NCBI GenBank assembly: GCA_037917685.1
Contig: JAVCBU010000012.1
Span: forward strand, 128,001 to 192,000
Reading direction: 5' to 3'
Source of the DNA: Thermoproteota archaeon
GTDB taxonomy: Archaea > Korarchaeota > Korarchaeia > Korarchaeales > JAOZGB01
DNA length: 64,000 nt
The notes below the pieces were generated by a model. The model made no database searches. It was given only the letters and a program-made list of their open reading frames with translations, and was not told the DNA's origin. Position numbers and translations under genes: made by a program. Shown here piece by piece: positions 10,117 to 21,100 of this stretch (the stretch's first letter is position 1; each line of letters starts with the position of its first letter).

Positions 10117-11217
10117 TCACCTTTCCCCAGCTAGCTCTGAATGTTTTGATATTGCATATGCTATTATCATTAGGATTGATAGTCTGAAACTGTCAATTCC
10201 TGCCTCTATCATTGGTAGCAGATATGCCGGTGCTATTTGGTAAAGTTTACCCCCCTTCCAAATGTTTCTAAGTATAACCCCAAGTATGTAAAGTTCGACA
10301 GCACCTAACAGTCCAAAATCAACAATAGGCTGCCCATAGATTGTATACGTATACTTTACTGTGGCATTCAAGAGTAAAAGTCCAACCTCACGTCTCGGGT
10401 CACAGGAGACAAGCACCTTCCCATGGGAGTAGCCAAGGGGGAGAGACTTCTTGGCTATGAGATCCAAAGCATAGATGCTTGATGTAAGCCTGTAATGCAC
10501 TATCCCAACCGGGTTTAGCTTCCAAGACTGACCCTGCAACGCAACAATATAGCCCACTCCGACAAGGGCTGCGAGAAATGAAAGAACAAGTAAAATCTTA
10601 GTTTTTCTACCAACTTTTTTTGAAAAGAGGACCGCAAACACCACATTAGCAAGATATGTTCGATATGAAGTTAAGCCCGCCAGTATCACAGTGGCTAGGT
10701 AAACTAAGTAAGTGTCGGCGTAACATGCAGATGTAAGCATAAGAAATGTTGAAAATGCAAATGGCTGTGCTAGACTTATCCTGGCGTTTCTATCCAACCA
10801 CGGATTACCCACTTTTAGATAGCCAAGCAAAAGAATAGTTGCACCCGAAATATACATTGGTATCCAAAGCCATCTAGAACCGTAAACAATAGACCCTGCC
10901 TTTCGCCATTTGAAGGACATCCATATAGTTGTCATCATTCCTAGAACCATCAACGAAGGAAAAACCCCAAGGGATAAATATGCAAGCACAATGGGAGCAA
11001 AAATGTAGGCGGAGCTACCAGTTTTATACCTGCTCCTCAAGCCCATAAGTAGGAACGGTGTAAAAAGAAGAATGGATAGCAGACCATAAAATGGAAACAT
11101 GTTAAAGTAGATTAAGCAGCCCACAGTAGATGCAGCAACGTATATTACCAGTACTATTATGAAAGCTGCGATTAGAACGTTTATTCTACGTTCTTCGTTC
11201 AACATCTTACACAACAT
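10117..11217 (-). CDS. Multi-TM protein, putative archaeal oligosaccharide repeat-unit polymerase (Wzy-like)
   Basis: About 10 TM helices; LTSYRT and TYTIYGQPIVDFGLLG motifs. Confidence 0.6.
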   Translation of the reverse strand: MLCKMLNEERRINVLIAAFIIVLVIYVAASTVGCLIYFNMFPFYGLLSILLFTPFLLMGLRSRYKTGSSAYIFAPIVLAYLSLGVFPSLMVLGMMTTIWMSFKWRKAGSIVYGSRWLWIPMYISGATILLLGYLKVGNPWLDRNARISLAQPFAFSTFLMLTSACYADTYLVYLATVILAGLTSYRTYLANVVFAVLFSKKVGRKTKILLVLSFLAALVGVGYIVALQGQSWKLNPVGIVHYRLTSSIYALDLIAKKSLPLGYSHGKVLVSCDPRREVGLLLLNATVKYTYTIYGQPIVDFGLLGAVELYILGVILRNIWKGGKLYQIAPAYLLPMIEAGIDSFRLSILMIIAYAISKHSELAGER

Positions 11218-11303
11218 GGTTTACAAACGGATAATTTTAATACTATCACGATGTGTATTAAGGTAAGGAGCAGTCTCTTAAAGGGGCTGTTCAAAGGCGA
11301 AGG

Positions 11304-11711
11304 ATGTGCGCGAATATGCAAGCCAAAAACGTGAAGGTGGCTGATCTCAGCCCCAGAAGCAAGCATGTGAACCTGAAAGTAAAGGTTCTGAATAAGGGCG
11401 AAACAAGAGAGATAGCGACTATGGGAGGATCAAAGAAGCTCAGAGAAGTACTTGTCGGAGACGAAACAGGCACGATACTTATGACACTATGGGGAGACCA
11501 GGGAGAAGGCATAGAAGAAGGAGACATACTGAATATTGAGAATGGCTATATAACTTTGTACAGAGGATCCATGAGACTATCCGTGGGGAGATATGGAAAC
11601 TTGAACATACTGGTTGACGAGGAGTTCCCAGAAGTCAATACGGAAAATAATATGAGCGACAAGCAATATGAGATGCCAAGACGACGTAGAAGTTTCAGAA
11701 GACGATACTAA
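11304..11711 (+). CDS. ssb: Single-stranded DNA-binding protein (single OB fold, crenarchaeal SSB type)
   Basis: VNLKVKVL...VGDETGTILMTLWG...IENGYITLYRGSMRLSVGRYG; Arg-rich tail. Confidence 0.9.
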   Translation: MCANMQAKNVKVADLSPRSKHVNLKVKVLNKGETREIATMGGSKKLREVLVGDETGTILMTLWGDQGEGIEEGDILNIENGYITLYRGSMRLSVGRYGNLNILVDEEFPEVNTENNMSDKQYEMPRRRRSFRRRY

Positions 11712-11722
11712 AATGCCGTGAA

Positions 11723-11751
11723 GCCAGCCCTTGAATGGGCTGGCATTTTTT
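11723..11751 (+). terminator. Stem-loop followed by a T-run after ssb
   Basis: GCCAGCCC-TTGAAT-GGGCTGGC perfect 8-bp stem, then ATTTTTT. Confidence 0.55.
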
Positions 11752-11754
11752 ACT

Positions 11755-11901
11755 TTATAGTAGTTGAGAAACCCTCCTAAGAAGCATCGCATTTGCCACA
11801 ACGATCACGTCGCTAAGCGACATTATTATCGCGGATATCTCAGAAAGAACAAATACTCCTAACGGCTTGAAGAGTCCAGCAGCCGCCGGAATGGCTATCA
11901 T
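11755..11901 (-). pseudogene. C-terminal remnant of a P1B-type heavy-metal (CopA/CopB-like) ATPase
   Basis: Hand translation (DY)MIAIPAAAGLFKPLGVFVLSEISAIIMSLSDVIVVANAMLLRRVSQLL* matches the last two TM helices (YNxxAIPxAAG...MSLSxVxVxxNA..L). Confidence 0.75.
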
Positions 11902-11908
11902 ATAATCT

Positions 11909-12430
11909 TCACCCTTTCAGCATATTCAACCCTTCAGCATATTCAACTGCTGAGCATGAGGTTCCCCAGAAACCATTCTCTTCATTTCCGATCTGCCAGT
12001 AGACTACTTTGTAACCTGTGAGCTTATATCCATCTCCAGTGGTATAGTACTCGACTATTTTCTTAACGTTCTCCCGAACTAGGGATTCATCGGTTATTCT
12101 GTCAGCTAGGAATGTAACTACTGGTGTTGTACCGTTTCTAACCGTGTATAATATGTTTTTGGTGTTGAGCTTAAGGCTTTTATTCCATTGGGCTCCCGAG
12201 GCACCCAAAAAGAAGCCGTATATATGACACTCCACTCCAGCCTCCGCGAGAAGGCTCTTATTATGCAGTATTCCCGAAATTCCGAAGAAACCGTCCCTTA
12301 CTTCTATGTTACGCCCTGGATTCCTCCATGAAAAGTACGTGTATGCAACTATAAGGGTTACGGCCAGCCCTACAAGTAAGGCAACTTTGAACTCCACGCT
12401 CTGGATAAGATTAGTGTACTTATAATACAT
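11909..12430 (-). pseudogene. Truncated membrane-anchored clan GH-A glycoside hydrolase-like protein
   Basis: N-terminal TM; YWQIGNEENG acid/base motif then SAVEYAEGL; ORF ends at 173 aa, before the nucleophile half of the barrel. Confidence 0.55.
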
Positions 12431-12512
12431 GCGGCTCCAGGCCTTATACTAATTAGAGGATATCATGTGCTTCTATTTTATTTTTCCAATTCTTTCATAG
12501 TTTGGTGGGCTG

Positions 12513-13751
12513 GTGTTGGATTTAATCGTGAGAAATTCTAGGCTTAGAGGAAGGGATGGATTATATGACATTGGGATAGAAAATGGGAGGATTGTCGAGG
12601 TCTCCGGGCATATAAGCGCTGAGGCAGATGTTGAAGTTGACGCGGATGGCAGGATTGTTCTTCCGGCTTTTATAGACCCTCATATACACTTGGATAAGGT
12701 TCTAACAGCAGAGACTATCCGTGTGAATGAGTCTGGAACCCTCAGGGAGGCTATCGAGATACTCTGGGATGCTAAACGTGGGTATACGGTTGAGGATGTT
12801 AAGAATCGAGCCTCAAAGGTCGTCGAATGGGAGGTTATGAATGGTGTCACTAGGATTAGAACGCATTGCGATGTCGATACAATTGGCGGGTTAACTGCGT
12901 TGAAAGCTTTATTGGAGCTTCGGAGAGACTACCGTGATCTTGTCGATATTCAGATCGTGGCCTTCCCCCAGGAGGGTATATTCACAGACCCAGGATCAGA
13001 GGAGCTTCTGAGGAAGGCTATAGAGCTGGGTGCTGACGTTGTCGGGGGGATGCCTCACGCTGAGGCCACCGATGAAATGGCTAGAAGGCATGTGGACGTA
13101 ATATTTGAGATAGCAAAGGAGTATAATGTGGACATTGATTCACATGTGGATGAAACTGACGACCCGTTCTCGAGGTGTGTTGAATACATGGCTTGGAAGA
13201 CTATCAAGGAGAATTATGCTGGGAGAGTTACGGCTGACCATGTCTGTGCACTTGCCTCCTACGATGACTATCATGCGGCAAAGGTGATAGGGCTAATAAG
13301 AAAGGCTGGGATGAATATTGAGACTAACCCCGAGACAAACCTCGTCTTAGAGGGGAGACTTGACACCTACCCCAAGAGGAGGGGGCTAACAAGGGTTAGG
13401 CAACTAATTGAAGCTGGGGTTAATGTAACGTATGGGCAGGACTGCGTGAAGGATGCTTTTTACCCGTATGGTAAGTGTGACCCGTTACAAACTGGCTTCA
13501 CTTTGGCCCTTGCAGAGCAACTTACAACTCCAAGTCAGATGGAGTCAATAATAGACTTGGCAACCTACAACGCTGCGAAAACCCTTAGAATTAGGGATTA
13601 TGGTATTGAGGTTGGAAAGCGGGCGGACTTAGTTGTGGTGGACGCTGTATCGGTATGGGAGGCTTTGAGGCTGCAGCCTCCACGCCTCTACGTTATTAAG
13701 GAGGGAAAGATAGTGGCAGAGAACAGGATGGAGAGGAAGATTTACAGGTGA
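12513..13751 (+). CDS. codA: Cytosine deaminase-like amidohydrolase
   Basis: DPHIHLDK, NESGTLREAI, RIRTHCDV, VAFPQEG, SHVDETDD, GQD. Confidence 0.85.
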   Translation: MLDLIVRNSRLRGRDGLYDIGIENGRIVEVSGHISAEADVEVDADGRIVLPAFIDPHIHLDKVLTAETIRVNESGTLREAIEILWDAKRGYTVEDVKNRASKVVEWEVMNGVTRIRTHCDVDTIGGLTALKALLELRRDYRDLVDIQIVAFPQEGIFTDPGSEELLRKAIELGADVVGGMPHAEATDEMARRHVDVIFEIAKEYNVDIDSHVDETDDPFSRCVEYMAWKTIKENYAGRVTADHVCALASYDDYHAAKVIGLIRKAGMNIETNPETNLVLEGRLDTYPKRRGLTRVRQLIEAGVNVTYGQDCVKDAFYPYGKCDPLQTGFTLALAEQLTTPSQMESIIDLATYNAAKTLRIRDYGIEVGKRADLVVVDAVSVWEALRLQPPRLYVIKEGKIVAENRMERKIYR

Positions 13752-13758
13752 ACCCTGG

Positions 13759-15288
13759 ATGCCTCTGAAAGTGAAGATACTTAAGAGAGAGTTTAGAGAC
13801 TCGGTAGTGCTAATGAGAATAAGTAACATGTTAAAAGGAATAGATGGAGTTGAGGAGTCCGCCGTACTTATGGCGACAGATCTGAACAAGCAATACCTGA
13901 AAGAGGTAGGGCTATACACTCCAGAAATAGACGACGCCGAGCCTAACGACCTCATAATAGCCGTGAGGGGGGTAAACCTTGACAGAGCATTGTCCACGGC
14001 CATGGAGGCGCTCGCCGGTGGGCGGGAAGAGGCTGAGACATACTATCCAACGCTAAGCTCCGCTCTTGAGGAGTTCAAGGCAAACCTAGCCGTCATCTCG
14101 GTCCCAGGTGAGTATGCACCCATGGTTGCGGAGGAGGCCTTGAACAGGGGGTTGGACGTATTCCTGTTCAGCAGTGGGGTACCACTGGAGGAGGAGGTTA
14201 GACTTAAAAAGCTCGCACTTGAAAGAGGACTTATCCTAATGGGCCCGGACTGTGGGACAGCTATAATAGATGGCTATGCTATAGGCTTCGGGAACAAGGT
14301 GCCCCGTGGAAACATAGGTATAGTTTCCGCGGCGGGCACAGGCCTCCAAGAGGTATCCACGCTGATAGCAGTTATGGGGGGAGGAATAAGCCAGGCCTAC
14401 GGGACAGGAGGCAGGGATCTGCATGAGAAGGTGGGGGGTATAACAATGGCCCAGTGTATTAGATTGCTTGCCAACGACCCTGAAACAGATGTGTTGGTTT
14501 TAATCTCTAAGCCCCCATCAAAGACAGCCCTTAAGAAAATCGCCAGGGAGGCTATGAGGGCAGGTAAACCCGTTATAGCCTGTTTTATAGGCGGAAACAT
14601 AGGGGGAGATATGGTAACTGTTGAGACGCTTGAAGAGGCGGCTATAATGGCCTTAAAAAAGGCCGGCCTGGGCAGAACAGGGTTGTTAAGTCTAAACCTT
14701 AAAGAGTACGAGGATCTTGTGAGACTCGAGTATGAAAAGCTCAGCTCTGAACAGAAATATATTAGAGGATTGTATTCTGGGGGAACCCTTGCACACGAAG
14801 CAATATATCTCATGGAAAAGCACGGCTTCAAGGTTTACTCTAATATACACCCGGATCCGAGGCGTAGGCTTGACAATCCATGGGAGAGTAGAGGGCACAC
14901 TATAATTGACATGGGGGCAGAGGAGTTTGTAATGGGACGCCCACATCCGATGATTGACCAAACGCTTAGAATGAGAAGAATAGTACAGGAGGCCTCAGAC
15001 CATTCAGTGGCAGTTATACTACTTGACATTATACTCGGATATGGCGCCCATCCAGACCCGGCAGGCGAAATAGCCAAGTCGATAGCCGAGGCGAAGGATA
15101 AGGCTGAGGTGGAGAATAGGCATTTAGTATTTGTTGCACATGTCTGTGGAACCCAGCAGGACCCCCAGAACCTGGATGAGCAGGTGAAAAAGCTTGAGAA
15201 AGAAGGCGTCATTGTTATGCCGAGCAACGCGCAAGCGGTAAAGATGTCTATGTTAATAGCAGGGAGAGGTGAGATAAAAATTGGATAG
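13759..15288 (+). CDS. fdrA: FdrA/YahF acyl-CoA synthetase-like protein (succinyl-CoA ligase alpha-like)
   Basis: DSVVLMRIS, ISVPGEYA, MGPDCGTAII, GLYSGGTLA, GRPHPMID, LGYGAHPDPA. Confidence 0.9.
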   Translation: MPLKVKILKREFRDSVVLMRISNMLKGIDGVEESAVLMATDLNKQYLKEVGLYTPEIDDAEPNDLIIAVRGVNLDRALSTAMEALAGGREEAETYYPTLSSALEEFKANLAVISVPGEYAPMVAEEALNRGLDVFLFSSGVPLEEEVRLKKLALERGLILMGPDCGTAIIDGYAIGFGNKVPRGNIGIVSAAGTGLQEVSTLIAVMGGGISQAYGTGGRDLHEKVGGITMAQCIRLLANDPETDVLVLISKPPSKTALKKIAREAMRAGKPVIACFIGGNIGGDMVTVETLEEAAIMALKKAGLGRTGLLSLNLKEYEDLVRLEYEKLSSEQKYIRGLYSGGTLAHEAIYLMEKHGFKVYSNIHPDPRRRLDNPWESRGHTIIDMGAEEFVMGRPHPMIDQTLRMRRIVQEASDHSVAVILLDIILGYGAHPDPAGEIAKSIAEAKDKAEVENRHLVFVAHVCGTQQDPQNLDEQVKKLEKEGVIVMPSNAQAVKMSMLIAGRGEIKIG

Positions 15289-15469
15289 GAAGGATAAGCT
15301 TAGGATAGTAAACATAGGGCTTGAATGGTTTTACCATGAGCTTAGAAGGCAAGGTGCAGAAGTGGTGCATGTGAGGTGGAGGCCGCCTGCAGGTGGAGAC
15401 AAGGAAATGATAGACCTGCTGAGAAGGATTAAAAGGGCCGGTTTAAAGATGGAAGGGACGGACTCCTAA
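15281..15469 (+). CDS. Small FdrA-associated protein (stand-alone C-terminal fdrA domain)
   Basis: IVNIGLEWF...QGAEVVHVRWRPPAGGD. Confidence 0.8.
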   Translation: MDRKDKLRIVNIGLEWFYHELRRQGAEVVHVRWRPPAGGDKEMIDLLRRIKRAGLKMEGTDS

Positions 15470-15545
15470 GGGACCCAGGTGGATCTTGAAGGCTGTATGA
15501 TTCGTTCATTATCATATTATTCAACTGTTATTAGAGAACTATGAT

Positions 15546-18173
15546 GTGAGAACATCGATATTTGTTATCTTTGTAGCCCAGTTACTTCTGTCCTCATATA
15601 TTACTCCAGACCAGAACTATGTTGAGATTAAATGTTGGAACATCACAGGGTTTAATAGATCCTACGAGCCAGCCTGCTTTGGCGTTCCGCTGCCTCCTCG
15701 CTTGTTATACAGTACTGATTCGGTGCTACTCCGGAACTCCACAGGTGCAGAGGTACCTATTCAGGTGAAACCTGTATGTTTCTGGCCTGACGGTAGCATT
15801 AGGTGGATACTAATCGATTGCCAGGCTTCTGCGCCGTCTCATGGTTGCAGCTCGTACCGGCTTGAGTATGGTGTTGAGCATGAAAGCTATGAGGGCGAGC
15901 TGGAGTTATATGAAAACGGTGAAATCCTCGCGGTCTTTACGGGGATTTTAAACCTGACGGTTTCGAAGGATGAGGGCTTGATAAAAGTTTACATGGATCT
16001 TGACGGGGATGGCGTTGCAGAGTATCCCGCCGTGGAGAAAGCATACTTCATGGTTGAGGATACATCGGGTTTGAGATACTATTCAACGTGTGGGGTTAAA
16101 AATGTATGCTTGGAGGAGTATGGACCCTTAAAGGCTGTAGTAAGGATTAATGGAACCTACAAAACTCCAGGGGGAGCTAAGATTCTAAATTACACTGTTA
16201 GGATTGAGCTGTACTCCGGTAAATGCTATTTTAGAGTTTACCATAGGGAAGAAAATGGGTGGACAGTGCTGAACGACGGCTCCGGCCAGCCTGACTGTCT
16301 GAGGCTGGACTCCCCAAACACTATTTCATTCGAGGACTCGTCTCTCGTAATTGTGTCTGGCCAGTCTTATGAGATGTTTGCTGCAGCTGTAAATGGATTC
16401 TACGACTTCAACAATTTCTCAAGCAAAATTTTGCTCTATCAGGATTCCAGCGGCGGCGAGGACTGGGATAGATGGCCGGGGGTGAGCTTCAGGGGATACA
16501 GATTCTGGCTTGACGGCACGCTTGCATGGGAGGGAAATAGAAGTCCAGGTTGGATTGCGTTGATGAATGACTATTACGGTCTTGCCGTGGGAGTCAGATA
16601 TTTCTGGGAGAACTATCCCAAGGCCTTGGAATCGTATAGTAATGGAACCATCTATGTTAGGCTTATGCCACGTTACTTCTCCGAGCCATTTAGGCATAGA
16701 GCCGGCGAGCATAAAACTCATGAGATCCTGGTTTACCTCTACCCCCCCAGTGAATCCTCGCAGGAGATTGTGAGAATAATGAGATGTCTGATGAATCCTC
16801 TCTACATGAGAGCTTCTAGTACGTGGTATGTCGAATCAGGTGTTCTAGACTACTGGGCTTCCTATAACCCTAAAAAGTATTATTACTATGAGACTAACAA
16901 CTTAGCCGCTATAAGGAATGGCACCGGGGGCTATTATGGTAATAATCTTTTCCAGATCAGGGAGAATGTTGACTTTTATGGTTGGATGCACTTTGGAGAT
17001 GTAAGGATAGTGGATGAGGACGGCGGAACCGGCCAGATGAATCTACAATATGACTTCAGCTTTGGAATGATAGCGCAAAGTCTTAGGCTATTCGACTCCG
17101 CCGTGGATTATAGCTATAGGTGGTGGCTTCTAGCGGAGCAGGGTGCTAGGCATGTCTCGGACATCGACATATTACATGTCCACTGGGGGGACCCTGAGCA
17201 TCCCTCATCCTACTGGATTCAATGGTGCTGGGGAGGAATGTTCTGGCATACGCCCCATGGTCAGCCGGGCCTTGATAACCCTCACAGGGGGTCAAGCCCT
17301 CATCTCTCTTTCCAGTATAATAGGGGTCTCCTCTACTATTACTACCTTTCCGGCTACAAGTTTGCTGAGGAAGCTGCGATGGAGGTTGCTGAAAACACTT
17401 ACTGGCGTGTCGTGCATGGCAACGGGAATCCTGGCTATAGTGGGACGATGGGTGATGATCTGAGGGCGCCGGCTAACGCCCTAGACATACTGGTAAACGC
17501 TTATTATCACACTTTGGATGTAAGGTTCCTGGAGGCTGCATACAGAGTTGTTAACGAGTCCCATTTTAATTATAGATGGTTTAGGGATGGCCCTAACCCG
17601 CAGTATTCTGATAGAAGTGTTATGCCATGGCAAATAGCAATGTTAATGGTTTCGATAGGTAGATATCTCGACCTGTTGAGGCTAATGGACTACAATATTG
17701 ATCGCATGGCCGCCGAGTCTTTGAAGGGATATGCTGACTGGATTCTTAAATACTGCTATCAGCGCGAGCCTAATGAGGCTTCAAGCTACCCTCATTTCAT
17801 CTATAGGTGGTGGGGAGATGGAACTAGGGAGGACTGGTCTCCGGGGGCTGCTACAAACGCTTGGCAGGTTAAGATAGCCGATGCCTTGGCCTATGCCTGG
17901 ATTTACACTGGTAATGAAACATATATCGAGATCGCGGAGGAGCAGTTTATGGTTGGATCCATGTATTTCTGGTTTGAAGGAAATCCTACTGGCGTGTTCG
18001 CTACAGGTAAAAACCATGCCGTCCTTGCAACCTCTGGAAACGTTTACACCTCGGCTAGACTGGTGCCGATACCTATCCAGGTTTATGAGGATAGGCTGCT
18101 TCTCCTAGCGGGTTTAATAGTGGTCTTGCTCATAGCATGGATAGGCAGGAGAGCAACTGTATCTACGTCCTAG
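15546..18173 (+). CDS. Large secreted, C-terminally anchored YetA/PcRGLX-like (exo-rhamnogalacturonan lyase-like) protein
   Basis: Signal peptide; EPACFGVPLP...WPDGSIRWIL; EEYGPLKAVVRING; FWENYPKAL; FYGWMHFGD; C-terminal TM followed by RR. Confidence 0.65.
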   Translation: MRTSIFVIFVAQLLLSSYITPDQNYVEIKCWNITGFNRSYEPACFGVPLPPRLLYSTDSVLLRNSTGAEVPIQVKPVCFWPDGSIRWILIDCQASAPSHGCSSYRLEYGVEHESYEGELELYENGEILAVFTGILNLTVSKDEGLIKVYMDLDGDGVAEYPAVEKAYFMVEDTSGLRYYSTCGVKNVCLEEYGPLKAVVRINGTYKTPGGAKILNYTVRIELYSGKCYFRVYHREENGWTVLNDGSGQPDCLRLDSPNTISFEDSSLVIVSGQSYEMFAAAVNGFYDFNNFSSKILLYQDSSGGEDWDRWPGVSFRGYRFWLDGTLAWEGNRSPGWIALMNDYYGLAVGVRYFWENYPKALESYSNGTIYVRLMPRYFSEPFRHRAGEHKTHEILVYLYPPSESSQEIVRIMRCLMNPLYMRASSTWYVESGVLDYWASYNPKKYYYYETNNLAAIRNGTGGYYGNNLFQIRENVDFYGWMHFGDVRIVDEDGGTGQMNLQYDFSFGMIAQSLRLFDSAVDYSYRWWLLAEQGARHVSDIDILHVHWGDPEHPSSYWIQWCWGGMFWHTPHGQPGLDNPHRGSSPHLSFQYNRGLLYYYYLSGYKFAEEAAMEVAENTYWRVVHGNGNPGYSGTMGDDLRAPANALDILVNAYYHTLDVRFLEAAYRVVNESHFNYRWFRDGPNPQYSDRSVMPWQIAMLMVSIGRYLDLLRLMDYNIDRMAAESLKGYADWILKYCYQREPNEASSYPHFIYRWWGDGTREDWSPGAATNAWQVKIADALAYAWIYTGNETYIEIAEEQFMVGSMYFWFEGNPTGVFATGKNHAVLATSGNVYTSARLVPIPIQVYEDRLLLLAGLIVVLLIAWIGRRATVSTS

Positions 18174-21100
18174 TTTTGCTTTTAATTTCATGGTATAGTT
18201 CATCTATGATTTTCTGGTAGTCTTCGACGCCAGATTCCACCATTTCCATCTTTTCTTCCAGGCTTCGGGTTCTTTCCTCGCTTATGAGGTCTGGATATTT
18301 CTTTACTAGGTAGTTGTAGATTATGTAGCCTGTCCTGGTGGGGATCAGATATCCTTTTACGTCTCTAGCGTATCTTCTCTGGAGAATCTTACTTATTATC
18401 ACCGCGTAGGTTGAAGGTCTCCCTATTCCCTTCTGCTTCATTAGTGATATCAGCTCTCCCTGAGTATATGGGTACGCTTTTCTAACCTTTACGTGTTTTA
18501 CCATGGCCGTGGAAGGTCCTTCGTGCAGCCTCGGCTGTACCTTGTAGAGGTATGGGTAGTTTGCGATCCAGCCTTTGCTTTTGATCTCAACCAGCCTTTC
18601 TACTTCAAATGTCTCCCCTAATGCTTTGACTCTGGCTTTTTGCTTGATGATTTTAACTGTTTTATCTTGTGAGGCTATGAACCTTTTGAATATTAGGCTG
18701 TATAGTTTTATGTGATCCGACTTTAGCCTTACCGGTGTTTTGATTACCCCTTCCCTTAGGAGGCTTATGAGTTCTTGTGGGCTTAGAGGTTTTGTAGGTC
18801 TTATGCACTCGTGTGCTCCTTGCATGTGCCATTTTCTCTGGGTGAATCTCCCCCCTAGATATGTTTTTGCTATTCTTAGGCCTGCATCTGAAACTCTTGT
18901 ACTGTCTGTCCTATGATATGTTATTAGTCCTGACTCGAAAAGGTTCTGCGCTATGGCCATCGTCCTTGCCGCTGGCATTCTCAGTATTCTACTCGCTTCT
19001 TTAAGCATTTCGCTTGTGGTGAAGGGTGGCGGAGGCGGAAGGCTTCCCTCCTCTTCACCCACCACTTCTATATATATTTCGGTCCTCCCCTCATTACCAT
19101 GTTTGCCTTTGATCCTGAGTTGAAGGTTTTCAGAGGTTATCACTGTCTGTATTTCACGCTGCTTTGCCAGCCTGTATCTTTCAAGAATCCAGCCTAGAGT
19201 TGGGGTTTGAGCTCTACCGGCAGATAGGTTTTTGTTGTGAAATCTTCTTTGAAGTTCCTGGCTTAGTTCGAATCCTATCCACCTGTCTTCTATTCTTCTT
19301 ATGATTTGGGCTTTAACCCTCTCGAATGAGAGTTCTTTAGGCTTCTGTAATGCTTGAAGTATTGCTCTTCTGGTTACTTCGTGGAATTCGGCTCTCATTA
19401 CATGTCCTGCGAATCCGCGGATAAGGTTTGAGATGTCCCATGCTATCTTTTCGCCTTCTACGTCGGGGTCTGTGCCTATGTAGACGCTTCCCGTCTCGAA
19501 TGCGAGCCTTCGGAGAAGTGAGATTATCTTTCTAGCATCAATAATTTCGGTTGATCCGCATATTGGGCAAATTTTTCCGTCGGTAAACTGGGTGTTGCAT
19601 TTTCTGCATCTTTTGAGGGTTGTAAAGACTGGCACGTACCCGTCTTTTAATAGTACTCCATGGTAGCCTCTGGTTGTTGTTAAGTCCACGATGTGCCCGC
19701 CTGTTGCTATAACTGTTACTATTAGGTTTCCGGTGGAGAATTCGTATACCGGTATTCCATCTATTATTCTTCTTCCAGGCTTCCCGAAGAATTTTGATAT
19801 GGTTTTGGCCTTGTTTGGACTTTCAACTATGAATAGCAAGGGTTTTACGAGGCTTTCAGCTTCAACCCTCCCCTTTAGCTCGGATATCCTCCGCCTGTCC
19901 TCGTCTATTTCTTTCTTAAGGTTTTCGAGATCGACGTATTCCAGGTAGTTGAACTCCATCTCCCTCGCGCTTGCTCTCTTGATAAATGGAATTAGTAACT
20001 CTTCCTTATCTATAAGGAATGAGGCGCCTTTGCTCATTCCCCCAGGGTATAGTCTAGAGGTTCTACCTGAGCCTTGAATATATGTTGATATGTCTGGGAG
20101 GCATATTATTTGCTTGCCGTTTCTAGAGATTAATGGGATTGTTTTGTTTACTGTTTTATTCCTAACACCTTCTATTATTTTCTTTTCGGCTTCTTCTCTA
20201 TATTTTTCACCTTCCCTTAGGAGTTTTACAGCGAGTGTTCTTTCTCCGATGGCGAGTAAAAGGTATGATAGGAGCTTTACGCTCTGATCTTTGAGATTAT
20301 CGAGTGTAATTTCATATCTTGGGACCTCGTAGAAAATACAGTATCTAACCGTTTCCGGGAGGTCTATCCCCCTTACCAGGGCCCCGTAGGGTTTAGCAGC
20401 CCCTACCAGGATCCAGTATTCCCCGTTCTTGAATTTCTCCACCGCTTCGGGATCTGAGCCCTCTACAAGCTTGGCTTTAAACCCTGCCCTGTTCAACTGC
20501 TCCGCCACTATTTTCCCCTGCTCGGTGCTTCTTGTAAATACGAGGCCTCCACTACCCATTTTCCTAACAATGTTAGTAAGGGTTTCCAATGATAGTTGAG
20601 GGACTGCTATGTCTGATATGTTTCTTAGATTTGCCGCTCTTAGTATTCCTATGTCAAAAGAAAGTAGCCTTCTGAAGAGTATTGTACGCGGGCCAGGCTT
20701 CCCCGTAGCGGTTGATAACATCAATACCTTCCTCAAACTATGCTGTCTTATGCCTGGCTTTCTTAAAGCCTCCATGATTTCCTCCTTGGTGAACCCTAAA
20801 AGTTCAAGGAGTCTGTCCACGTTTTTGGAACTTTTTAAAAGGGAGTCTACATCATCTACAAATATAAAGCTGAAGTCGTTTCCCTTTAAGGCTTCATATC
20901 TCCTCGCAAGAAACTGGTTAGTAACTATTAGGATGTGAAAGGAGCCGTTCTTTATTTTCTCAAGGGTTTTTATCCTCTCTTTTCGTGTATATCTGGACGA
21001 ATATGCTATTACTTGAACGTTGAGGTTTTTCCTCTCTATATATGATTCGGCTTTTTCTAGGGCTTGATGTACAAGTAAGGATGTTGGAACTATTATCAGT

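Noticed and set aside
11710-11750. Archaeal SECIS element after ssb
   Set aside because: The GAA is not in the proper internal-loop geometry and no in-frame UGA gene is nearby; better explained as a terminator hairpin
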